Assembly (NCBI GenBank): GCA_964448115.1
Contig: CAYUVA010000009.1
Span: 1-64,000 of the forward strand
Direction of reading: 5' to 3'
Source: an uncultured bacterium
Lineage (GTDB): Bacteria; CAYUVA01
Length of the DNA stretch: 64,000 nt
Shown here piece by piece: positions 40,791-49,989 of this stretch. The first letter of the stretch is position 1, and every line of letters begins with the position of its first letter. The notes under the pieces are model-generated. The model made no database searches and was not told the origin of the DNA. It worked only from the letters and a program-made list of their open reading frames with translations. A program made the translations under genes and the position numbers.

Positions 40791-41335
40791 TAGTAGCTAT
40801 CTTTATGGGAGTTTCCCTTGCTCTTATCATCGGTGCGCTGATGGTGATCATCAGCCGCAGCCCGGTGCATAGCGCGCTGTGGCTCATCTTCTCCTTTTGC
40901 TGCATTGCGGTGCTTTACATCATGGCGGGAGCCGAATTCCTGGCTGCGGTACAGATCTTCGTATATGCCGGCGGGATCATGATCCTTTACATCTTCGTTA
41001 TCATGCTCGTCTCCTGGAAGGAGCTTGCCAAGCAGAAGCCGTTCCATGTGCAGTGGGTACCGGCATTCATGCTCGGCGTGCTTATACTCATGGAGATCAT
41101 CGCTGTATTTATGCTCAGCGATCTCAAGATCAACTACGACATCTACTCGCCGGACAAGGTGCAAGCGCTGGGGGGCAACATCAAGGTGATCGGGGTGAAA
41201 CTGCTCAGCGACTATGTGCTTCCCTTTGAGATCGCCTCGGTGGTAATCATCGTTGCCATGCTTGGCGCCATCGTCCTCGGCAAGCAGGTGATCACGGTAA
41301 AAGACAAGCAAGAGGAAGAAAAGAGAAAGTTCTAG
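40787..41335 (+). CDS. nuoJ: NADH-quinone oxidoreductase subunit J
   Basis: AEFLAAVQIFVYAGGI, PFEIAS. Confidence 0.95.
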   Translation: MIVAIFMGVSLALIIGALMVIISRSPVHSALWLIFSFCCIAVLYIMAGAEFLAAVQIFVYAGGIMILYIFVIMLVSWKELAKQKPFHVQWVPAFMLGVLILMEIIAVFMLSDLKINYDIYSPDKVQALGGNIKVIGVKLLSDYVLPFEIASVVIIVAMLGAIVLGKQVITVKDKQEEEKRKF

Positions 41336-41336
41336 C

Positions 41337-41642
41337 ATGTGGATAAATTACGATCATTATATAATAATCGGAACCCTGATATTCATCATCGGCATGATCG
41401 GCCTGCTGGTGAGAAGGAATATACTCATAGTTCTTATGGCGCTTGAGCTTATGCTAAACGGCGTAAACCTTAACTTCATCGGCTTTTCCAGGAAGCTAGC
41501 TGGCTTGGACGGGCAGATATTCGCTATCTTCGTGATAACCATCGCCGCTGCCGAGGCGGTGGTAGGTCTGGCTATACTAGTCTCGGTGTTCAGAAGGAGA
41601 AAGACCTTCCAGGTGGACAAGATGACCATAACCAAGTGGTAG
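41337..41642 (+). CDS. nuoK: NADH-quinone oxidoreductase subunit K
   Basis: RRN..ELML, AAAEAVVGLA. Confidence 0.95.
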   Translation: MWINYDHYIIIGTLIFIIGMIGLLVRRNILIVLMALELMLNGVNLNFIGFSRKLAGLDGQIFAIFVITIAAAEAVVGLAILVSVFRRRKTFQVDKMTITKW

Positions 41643-41650
41643 GAGTATAG

Positions 41651-43690
41651 ATGCTGGATTATTGTTGGCTGATACCGATCTTACCCCTGCTGGGCTTCGT
41701 GATAAACGGCTTGCTAGGTCGAACCCTGCTGCCCCGCAAGGCTGTGCACTGGATTGCCTGCGGCTCAGTCGGGATCTCATTTATTCTAGCCATTGTTCTC
41801 TTTATCCAGGTCGCCGGGCTACCGGTTGAGCAGCGGGCAGCACAGGTTACAATCTACCAGTGGTTCTATGCCGGGGTGCTCAATGTAGGCTTGACCTTTT
41901 TGATCGACCAGTTGTCGCTGGTGATGCTGCTCACCGTCTGCGGTGTCGGCTTTATCATCCATGTTTACTCCATCGGGTACATGAGCCACGAGCCATCCTA
42001 TTATCGCTATTTCGCATACTTGAACCTTTTCATGTTCTCCATGATCCTGCTGGTGATGGGAGGTAACTTCCTGGTGCTTTTCGTCGGCTGGGAGGGTGTC
42101 GGCTTGTGCTCTTACCTGCTCATCGGGTTCTGGTACGAGAAGAAGTCGGCAGCAGACGCGGGTAAAAAGGCTTTCGTTGTCAACAGGATCGGTGATTTCG
42201 GCTTCCTGTTGGCAATACTGCTCATCTACACGCATTTCGGCAGTATCGACTTTTTAGCCGTTTTCGAGGCTGCACCGCATACGCTGACCTACGGCGGTCC
42301 GGTAGTTACCGCTATATGTTTGCTTTTATTCCTCGGCGCCATGGGCAAGTCAGCGCAGATACCGCTCTATGTCTGGCTTCCGGATGCCATGGAGGGTCCC
42401 ACCCCGGTCAGCGCCCTGATACACGCAGCCACCATGGTTACCGCCGGCGTTTACATGGTCTCGCGGTGCAATATCTTGTACATGATGTCGCCATTTGGCT
42501 TGGAGTGGGTCGCCGTCTTCGGGGCAGCAACCGCTTTTTTCGCTGCTACTATGGGCTTGGCACAGAACGACATCAAGAAGGTGCTGGCATACTCCACCAT
42601 CAGCCAGTTGGGTTATATGTTCCTGGCTTGCGGTGTAGGCGCATTCACGGCGGGGATCTTCCACCTGATGACCCACGCATTCTTCAAGGCTCTATTATTC
42701 TTGGGTTCGGGCAGCGTTATTCACGGCATGGGCGGCGAGCAGGATATGAGGAAGATGGGAGCGCTCAAGGCAGAGATGCCGGTTACATTCCTCACCTTCA
42801 TCATCGCCACGGTTGCGATCAGCGGTATTCCTCCCTTTGCCGGCTTCTTCTCCAAGGATGAGATCCTGGCAAAGACCTTCTTTGGCGGGCACACATTGCT
42901 TTGGGTCATAGCTGCAATTACGGCTGGGATGACCGCCTTTTATATGTTCAGGCTGGTCAACATGACCTTTCGTGGCGAGTCGCGGGTGCCAGAGAAGATC
43001 AAGCATCACCTTCACGAGTCCCCCAAGGTTATGCTTATACCTCTGGTAGTGCTCGCCATCTTATCAGTAATCGGAGGCTGGATCGGGCTGCCGGAGGTAC
43101 TGGGCATAGTTACCGGCATCGAGCATATCAATATCTTCGAGGGGTGGCTGCACCCGGTATTTGCCGATGGTCAGCACATAGTTGCCTCTATCGTTCACCA
43201 CGGCGAGGGACATGCGCATCATCCACCGCTGGCTCTGGAGTTCCTGCTCATGGCAGTCTCCATCGGGATTGCGCTGATCGGCATCTTGGTAGCCGAGGTA
43301 TTTTACATCCGCAAGCCTGAGCTGCCCGATAAGATTGTCCAGCGGTTCAAGAACGCCTATAAGGTGGTATATAACAAGTACTATGTCGATGAGTTTTACG
43401 ATGCGGTCTTTGTCGAGGGGACCAAGAAGTTCGCCCGCGGGCTGTGCAGATTCGATTTGGGCATCATCGATGGCATAGTAAACGGGATCGCTTACCTGAC
43501 CAGGAGAAGCGCTACCGGCTCCATGTACTTCGATCTCGGGGTGGTCGATGGAGCGGTGAATTTATCTGCCTGGATCACCGGCAAGGTAGGAGAATTGAGC
43601 CGGCGAGTCCAGACCGGGCACCTGGAAAACTACGCTCTTTTTATGGCTTTGGGAGCGTTTATACTTATCGGGATAATCGTACTTCTATGA
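41651..43690 (+). CDS. nuoL: NADH-quinone oxidoreductase subunit L
   Basis: GWEGVGLCSYLLIGFW, KSAQ.PL..WLPDAMEGPTPVSALIHAATMV. Confidence 0.96.
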   Translation: MLDYCWLIPILPLLGFVINGLLGRTLLPRKAVHWIACGSVGISFILAIVLFIQVAGLPVEQRAAQVTIYQWFYAGVLNVGLTFLIDQLSLVMLLTVCGVGFIIHVYSIGYMSHEPSYYRYFAYLNLFMFSMILLVMGGNFLVLFVGWEGVGLCSYLLIGFWYEKKSAADAGKKAFVVNRIGDFGFLLAILLIYTHFGSIDFLAVFEAAPHTLTYGGPVVTAICLLLFLGAMGKSAQIPLYVWLPDAMEGPTPVSALIHAATMVTAGVYMVSRCNILYMMSPFGLEWVAVFGAATAFFAATMGLAQNDIKKVLAYSTISQLGYMFLACGVGAFTAGIFHLMTHAFFKALLFLGSGSVIHGMGGEQDMRKMGALKAEMPVTFLTFIIATVAISGIPPFAGFFSKDEILAKTFFGGHTLLWVIAAITAGMTAFYMFRLVNMTFRGESRVPEKIKHHLHESPKVMLIPLVVLAILSVIGGWIGLPEVLGIVTGIEHINIFEGWLHPVFADGQHIVASIVHHGEGHAHHPPLALEFLLMAVSIGIALIGILVAEVFYIRKPELPDKIVQRFKNAYKVVYNKYYVDEFYDAVFVEGTKKFARGLCRFDLGIIDGIVNGIAYLTRRSATGSMYFDLGVVDGAVNLSAWITGKVGELSRRVQTGHLENYALFMALGAFILIGIIVLL

Positions 43691-43774
43691 GGAAGATAAA
43701 TGCAGAAAGGGATCGAGCCAAGCTCGATGGAAAATACAGATATACAAGACTAACCTGCGGAGGTAACCGAAGTT

Positions 43775-45460
43775 ATGCCTGAGTTGATATCCTGCTGGGA
43801 TCAGGTGGGTCTTCCCATCCTGTCGATAATAGCCTATTTGCCGCTGGTAGGTGCACTGGCAATCATCTTTTTCTCCAAGAAGGACGACCACAAGCGCATA
43901 ATGTGGTCTGCCTTTGCCATCTCGGTGATAGATTTTCTTATATCACTGGTGCTCGTGTTTTACTTTGTCAAGGATCGCCACTGCATCCAGTTCGTTGAGA
44001 AGGTGCCCTGGATCAAGTCGCTGGGGATACAGTACTACTTTGGGATCGATGGTGTCAGCATCCTATTAGTGCTGCTCACCACATTCCTGGGGATGCTTGC
44101 CATATTAAGCTCCTTTACTGCCATCAAGGAGCGTGTCAAGGAATACTATGTCTTTATGCTTCTATTGCAGACCGGCATGTTGGGTGTCTTCATGGCGCTC
44201 GATTTCTTCCTGTTTTACATATTCTGGGAGGTCATGCTGGTGCCGATGTACTTCTTAATCGGCGTCTGGGGGGGACCCAGGAAGCTCTATGCAGCCATCA
44301 AGTTCTTCCTATACACATTGTTCGGCTCGGTGTTCATGCTGCTCGGTATCCTTGCCTTGTATTTCTATCATCACAGCGTTAGCGGCGAATATACCTTTGA
44401 GATCTTCAGGCTGTACGACCCGGCTATCCCATATAACCTTCAGATCTGGGTATTCCTGGCATTCTTCCTTGGATTTGCCATCAAGGTTCCGATGTTCCCG
44501 TTCCACACCTGGCTTCCAGATGCCCATGTGGAGGCGCCGACTGCGGGGAGTGTAATCCTTGCTGGCGTCCTGCTGAAGATGGGTACTTACGGCTTCGTGC
44601 GCTTCAGCCTTCCCATGTTCCCCGATGCGACCATCAAGTTTTTGCCTTGGATGATATTCCTTTGCATAGTGGGGATCATCTACGGCGCACTGGTGGCGAT
44701 GATGCAGCCGGACCTAAAGAAGCTGGTCGCCTATTCGAGCGTCAGCCACCTTGGCTTTTGCATGCTAGGCGTATTTGCGCTCAACATCGAGGGCTTGAAG
44801 GGCGGGATGCTACAGATGATCAATCATGGTCTCTCCACAGGCGCATTGTTCCTTATCGTCGGGCTGATTTATGAGCGAAGGCATACCAGGATGATCGCCG
44901 ACTTTGGCGGATTATCCAAGGTATTACCGGTATATTCGATGCTTTTTATGATCATCACCTTATCATCGATCGGCTTGCCGGGCTTGAATGGATTCATCGG
45001 CGAGTTTCTGGTGCTGGTCGGCGTGTTCAAGGTGAATATCTATTGGGCTGCCTGTGGTGCAATTGGAATCGTTCTCGGTGCAGCCTATATGCTCTGGATG
45101 TTCCAACGGGTGATGTTCGGCAAGATAACCCACGAGGAGAATGAGGGGCTTAAAGATCTCGACTTCAGGGAGATTATGACCCTAGTGCCGATAGTCTTTT
45201 TCTGCGTCTGGATCGGCATTTATCCTTCACCGTTTCTGAGGTTCATGGATGCCTCGCTGAATCATACCATCGATGTGGTCAATCGAGCCAAGCAGATTGA
45301 GCCGCTCGAAAAGCAGATGCAACCGGCTGGGGAAGAACCGGTTCAAGAGCCTGCCAGTCATTCGGAACATGCGCTAAGAGATAATGACCACCTGGCTTCC
45401 AAGCAGACGGTCTCTATCAACATGGATGAATGGATACCTGTAACTGAATCGAGCAGATGA
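43775..45460 (+). CDS. nuoM: NADH-quinone oxidoreductase subunit M
   Basis: FWEVMLVPMY, PFHTWLPDAHVEAPTAGS. Confidence 0.96.
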   Translation: MPELISCWDQVGLPILSIIAYLPLVGALAIIFFSKKDDHKRIMWSAFAISVIDFLISLVLVFYFVKDRHCIQFVEKVPWIKSLGIQYYFGIDGVSILLVLLTTFLGMLAILSSFTAIKERVKEYYVFMLLLQTGMLGVFMALDFFLFYIFWEVMLVPMYFLIGVWGGPRKLYAAIKFFLYTLFGSVFMLLGILALYFYHHSVSGEYTFEIFRLYDPAIPYNLQIWVFLAFFLGFAIKVPMFPFHTWLPDAHVEAPTAGSVILAGVLLKMGTYGFVRFSLPMFPDATIKFLPWMIFLCIVGIIYGALVAMMQPDLKKLVAYSSVSHLGFCMLGVFALNIEGLKGGMLQMINHGLSTGALFLIVGLIYERRHTRMIADFGGLSKVLPVYSMLFMIITLSSIGLPGLNGFIGEFLVLVGVFKVNIYWAACGAIGIVLGAAYMLWMFQRVMFGKITHEENEGLKDLDFREIMTLVPIVFFCVWIGIYPSPFLRFMDASLNHTIDVVNRAKQIEPLEKQMQPAGEEPVQEPASHSEHALRDNDHLASKQTVSINMDEWIPVTESSR

Positions 45461-46950
45461 ACCAAAGCGTGCTACAGTTTTTTGCCCCAAAGATCGATTA
45501 CTGGATGATAAAGCCTGAGCTTGTGGTGCTTATCTTAGGCTTTATGGTGCTGCTTTTAGACCTTGTAATCCCCAAGGATAAGAAGCGCTATTTGGGATAT
45601 ATAACCCTTGCTGGGCTGGCTTACTGCTTTTATTGCATTACTCGTCTGCCGCATGGTGCCGAGCATCAGACGCTGATGCAGCTATTTAAGCTGGATCCGC
45701 TAGCCATATTCATCAAGTACCTTTTCATCTTTGCTGCCTTTGTTACAGTACTATTATCCATCACTTACATAAGGCGTGAGCGAGTGGAGCGGGGCGAGTT
45801 CTACGAGCTTATCCTGTTTGCCACCAGCGGCATGATGTTCATGACGAGCACGGAAAACTTCGTGATGATCTATCTCGGCTTGGAGCTGATGGCGCTTTGT
45901 GTTTATATCCTGGCTGGATTTTTGGTATATGATGAGAAATCGACCGAGGGCGCGCTGAAGTACTTTATCCTGGGCACATTCTCATCGGCGATATTCCTTT
46001 TGGGCGTCTCCTTCCTATACGGGATGACCAATTCGCTGAACATTTACACCATTGCCGGCAATATGGCTGCACTGTACGAATCGCAGCCGATGCTTTTTTC
46101 GCTGTCGATGATCCTCGTAGTCGTCGGATTTGGCTTCAAGATCGCCATGGTTCCATTTCACTTCTGGTGTCCGGATGTATATGAGGGCGCTCCCACTCCG
46201 ATCACCGCCTTCATGTCGATTGCGCCAAAGGCTGCCGGGATTGCAGTCATTCTGCGTGTTTTCACCTCCACCTTTTGCAGCATTACAAACGACTGGCTTC
46301 CGCTTTTTTACTTCGCAGCCATACTGTCGATGACGCTAGGCAATGTGGTGGCCATCTGGCAGCAAAATATCAAGAGAATGCTTGCCTATTCATCGATCGC
46401 CCATGTCGGTTTCATGCTTATCGGGCTGGTTGCTTCGAGCAATATAAGTGGCGATGGCTTGCCGGACGGGCTGAGTGCCATTCTTTATTACCTATTCGCC
46501 TACGCATTTGCCAATCTAGGCGCATTTGCCATCGTGATCTACCTTGGCAGGGAGGGGAAGGTCGGCGACAAGATCGAGGACTACAATGGCTTGGCATACA
46601 AGTCCCCCTACGCAGCAGCGGTGATGACCATATTCTTGCTTTCGCTGGCTGGCATTCCTCCCACTGCGGGCTTCGTTGCCAAGTTTTATATTTTCGGCGC
46701 AGCGATCCGGGAGCATTTCTATGTGCTGGCGGTAATTGGCATTTTAAATGCGGTTATCTCATTGTATTACTACATGAAGGTTACCATGAACATGTACATG
46801 CGGGAATCGAGGCTGACCTTGGACTTGAACCGTAGCGGTGCGCTCCATGCCGGCATTGTCCTGATGGTAATTCTCACCCTCTATTATGGCATCTTCCCGC
46901 GTTGTATCCTCGATTTTGCAAGGCGTGCGATAGAGATCCTGGTAGCATAA
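45457..46950 (+). CDS. nuoN: NADH-quinone oxidoreductase subunit N
   Basis: EGALKYF, PFHFWCPDVYEGAP, KRMLAYSSIAH. Confidence 0.96.
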   Translation: MNQSVLQFFAPKIDYWMIKPELVVLILGFMVLLLDLVIPKDKKRYLGYITLAGLAYCFYCITRLPHGAEHQTLMQLFKLDPLAIFIKYLFIFAAFVTVLLSITYIRRERVERGEFYELILFATSGMMFMTSTENFVMIYLGLELMALCVYILAGFLVYDEKSTEGALKYFILGTFSSAIFLLGVSFLYGMTNSLNIYTIAGNMAALYESQPMLFSLSMILVVVGFGFKIAMVPFHFWCPDVYEGAPTPITAFMSIAPKAAGIAVILRVFTSTFCSITNDWLPLFYFAAILSMTLGNVVAIWQQNIKRMLAYSSIAHVGFMLIGLVASSNISGDGLPDGLSAILYYLFAYAFANLGAFAIVIYLGREGKVGDKIEDYNGLAYKSPYAAAVMTIFLLSLAGIPPTAGFVAKFYIFGAAIREHFYVLAVIGILNAVISLYYYMKVTMNMYMRESRLTLDLNRSGALHAGIVLMVILTLYYGIFPRCILDFARRAIEILVA

Positions 46951-46970
46951 TTTAATGAAGATAAAGTAAA

Positions 46971-47462
46971 TTATAATTTATTAAAATAGGGCAAAAGGCG
47001 CTGGTAAACCTGCTTAAGAGTCTCCGGTACCACGCGAGTATCGCTGCAAATAGTCATAAAACTCGTGTCTCCATGCCATCTTGGCACCAGGTGGATGTGG
47101 ACATGCTCCTTGTAGCCGGCTCCAGCCGCGCTGCCGACATTCACTCCGATGTTGATCCCTGCTGGATTGTAGGCTTCTGTTATTATGCGCTCGCACACAG
47201 GCACCAGGGAAAGCAGATCCTCCTGCTCATTGGCAGGTAAGGAGAAGATATTACTTTCATGGCGAAATGGCGCGATCAGCAGATGCCCGTTGTTGTATGG
47301 GTAAAGATTGAGCATAACAAAGGAATGACGAGTATTGTAAAGGATATACTCATCAGCAGGATCTTTAACCTTTGGCTTCTCGCAGAATATGCAGCCACCT
47401 TCTTTATCTGACAATATGTACTCCAGTCTCCATGGTGTAAAAAGAATATCCATAGCTCTCAC
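46971..47462 (-). CDS. HIT family hydrolase (Ap4A phosphorylase-like)
   Basis: CIFC, NLYPYNNGH, HVHIHLVPRW. Confidence 0.92.
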   Translation of the reverse strand: MRAMDILFTPWRLEYILSDKEGGCIFCEKPKVKDPADEYILYNTRHSFVMLNLYPYNNGHLLIAPFRHESNIFSLPANEQEDLLSLVPVCERIITEAYNPAGINIGVNVGSAAGAGYKEHVHIHLVPRWHGDTSFMTICSDTRVVPETLKQVYQRLLPYFNKL

Positions 47463-47464
47463 AT

Positions 47465-48571
47465 CTATTCGTAGAACTCTCTTATCGCCACCACCACCTC
47501 TGCTAATTGCCTTTCAGACAACTCTGGAAATACCGGTATCGAGATCACTTCCTTGCTTGCCTGTTCGCTTGTAGGGAAATCTCCTTCCTTGTAACCGAGA
47601 TAGCTGAAGGCTTGCTGCAGGTGCATCGGTATTGGATAATAGACCGCATGTCCAATGCCTTTAGATTTCAGGTGCTCGACCAGTCCATCTCTATTAGGTA
47701 CTCGAAGCGTATATTGATTGAAAACATGGAATCGTTCGGGCATATTCTTAGGTGTTTTAACCTGCGGAATATCCCGCAGAAGATCGTTATAGGCTCTTGC
47801 ATTGGAGCGCCTGGCTTCTGTCCATTGCTCCAAATAGGGTAGCTTCGCGGACAGGACCGCTGCTTGCAGGGTATCGAGTCGGCTATTTATGCCGATCCTC
47901 TCGTGCAGGTATCGATTCTCTCCCTGACCGTGAACTCTTAGGGATAAAAGCAATTGATATAGCCTCTCACCTGAGGTGGTTATCATACCTCCATCCCCGA
48001 ACCCGCCCAGGTTCTTGCTGGGAAAGAAGGAGAAACATCCCATCTTGCCCATGGAGCCGGCACGCTTACCCCTGTAGCCAGCAAGTATCGCCTGGGCAGC
48101 ATCCTCGATTACAGGGACTCCAGCAGCACCAGCTATCTCCATTATTGGATCCATATCTGCGCACTGCCCGAAAAGGTGCACCACGATGATAGCTTTTGTC
48201 CTATCCGTGATCGCAGCGCTTAGCCTTTTTGGATCCATGTTGAAGTCATCTTCGCAGATATCAACGAATACAGGTTTCGCTCCTACATTAGCTATCGCTC
48301 CCACGGTGGCGATGAATGTGAACGGTGTGGTGATCACCTCATCTTTCGGCTTAATATCCAGTGCTTTGAGCGATAGAATCAGGGCATCGGTGCCTGAGGC
48401 ACAACCTACAGCATATTCGACGCCACAGAGCTTTGCTAGCTCTTGCTCCAGTGTTTGGACCTCTGGTCCGAGTATGAAATACTGCGAATCTACCACCTTG
48501 CGGATAGCTTTATCTATCTGTTCTTTTATGTTCTGGTATTGCAGCTTGAGGTCTAGAAGCGGTACAGGCAT
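47465..48571 (-). CDS. DegT/DnrJ/EryC1/StrS PLP-dependent aminotransferase
   Basis: SGTDAL, EDAAQA, SFFPSKNLG.FGDGG, NSRLD. Confidence 0.94.
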   Translation of the reverse strand: MPVPLLDLKLQYQNIKEQIDKAIRKVVDSQYFILGPEVQTLEQELAKLCGVEYAVGCASGTDALILSLKALDIKPKDEVITTPFTFIATVGAIANVGAKPVFVDICEDDFNMDPKRLSAAITDRTKAIIVVHLFGQCADMDPIMEIAGAAGVPVIEDAAQAILAGYRGKRAGSMGKMGCFSFFPSKNLGGFGDGGMITTSGERLYQLLLSLRVHGQGENRYLHERIGINSRLDTLQAAVLSAKLPYLEQWTEARRSNARAYNDLLRDIPQVKTPKNMPERFHVFNQYTLRVPNRDGLVEHLKSKGIGHAVYYPIPMHLQQAFSYLGYKEGDFPTSEQASKEVISIPVFPELSERQLAEVVVAIREFYE

Positions 48572-48730
48572 GAATAACTCCTATTTATTTATTGATTAAC
48601 CGACCGTGTCCTGTAGGCGAACTAAGAAATATAAGTTCCACCGCATACTCGGCATACCTTACCACAAAAGTCATATAGCATCAATTCAGCTAGTATGCCA
48701 CCGACACCTACCGAAAACCAGTCAGTTGCA

Positions 48731-48929
48731 CATATCGGAGTGGCCGGGTACTGGAATACACCCCTCAGCGCTGATGGGGGAACACTGCTCATCCTCGCAC
48801 TTCCAGGCAATGATCAGATATCCAACATACCCTGTATATTATGAAGCCAATCCACTAGCGATATCCTTGTTGGATGATGGAGCTAGTGGCGATCTTGATC
48901 CAGAAGACGACATATTCGGATTATTATAG
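48731..48929 (+). pseudogene. Frameshifted remnant of the C-terminal domain also found in ORF 7160-11506
   Basis: HIGVAGYWNTPLSADGGTLLILALPGNDQISNI / frameshift / VYYEANPLAISLLDDGASGDLDPEDDIFGLL*, compared with IMLGGYFDTRLNAASGGIFRMLAFV..IYYSG..LFDDGSHDDFGAGDGIYG. Confidence 0.65.
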
Positions 48930-49207
48930 CCACCAACACCCCCTATCCAAGCCAAGACCATAAGCGAGTGGTAATCCTTTCATAGCCACCACTCAGTGGC
49001 GAATCCGCAAAACACCCTCCTAAAGATCCAATTATTCTACATAATATCCGATATCAGACTATTTAATAAGTATAATTGCCTAAATAGGGCTTATGAACCA
49101 CCCCTTCAAGCCAATATTCATAGGGGTATAATTTGAGGATCCAAGTGCCACTGCCATTTATAAAAGCTCGATCTTGCAAATAAAGGCTTTGTCAAATAAA
49201 GAATTAA

Positions 49208-49223
49208 TGTTCCATGTGGAACA
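49208..49223. promoter_or_regulatory. parS-like site
   Basis: TGTTCCATGTGGAACA versus the consensus TGTTNCACGTGAAACA; intergenic. Confidence 0.65.
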
Positions 49224-49524
49224 TATGACTTAAATAATTGATTTTTTAGGTGGTTTTTCTCCAAATCTACATCAACGGACTCAAGTTTAAAAGCCCAAAA
49301 CGAGGGGTTCTAATTGATCTATTTAGATTAACTCATTGAGATTAAAGAATAATTTTTTTGAAAAATTCCTCCGAGGATCCTCAAGCCTCCAATTATGCCC
49401 CCGATAAATCGTGCCAAAATGGCACGCAGAAGGGATAACTCATTGATTTAATTGAAGATTATGATTGGATAATATTATTTTATATTGATTATAACTCGTC
49501 TTTCGGGGGGTGCCGCCTTAAATA

Positions 49525-49790
49525 ATCTGCGCCATACGCCGCAGATCTCACGCAAAGACGCAAAGAACGCAGTTAAGGAGCATATATATATATCCGAGCC
49601 GTGAGCGTAAGCGAACGGTCATTCAAGGCTTTAGGCTTCGGGAGAAAGGAAAGAGGATCACGCGAAGACGCAAATTAAGAACTAGGAACTAGAAACAAAA
49701 AACTAGAAACTAGCCACGAACATAAGTATCGACCCTGTCGGGATTAGCAATAAGAGCCTTCAAGATTTGGTTGCGGCTACGCTGCCTTAG
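49525..49790. repeat. Cluster of short REP-like and tandem mini-repeats
   Basis: CACGCAAAGACGCAAAG (variant repeated at 49658), GAGCCGTGAGCGTAAGCGAACGG, AGAAACT-type heptamers, TTGGTTGCGGCTACGCTGCCTTAG. Confidence 0.5.
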
Positions 49791-49989
49791 TTAGATCCTG
49801 ATCGATGTGATGTGATATTGGTGTAACCATTGTAAATTATCTTTCCTGGAAATCACCCAGCTAAGTATGGTTATTATTTGACATGACTTGGATTATAGGG
49901 TATCAAACAGATCGATAAGGCTGATAATATCGGCTCATTGACGCGGTATAAATCGGGAACTAGACAAACGCTTTTAGGGAGCTTTAAAT

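Noticed and set aside
43687-43782. 31-aa ORF bridging nuoL and nuoM
   Set aside because: No SD or recognisable motif, and it overlaps the nuoM start; probably incidental.
49410-49435. Sigma54 promoter at TGGCAC
   Set aside because: No TTGC -12 element at the required spacing on either strand.
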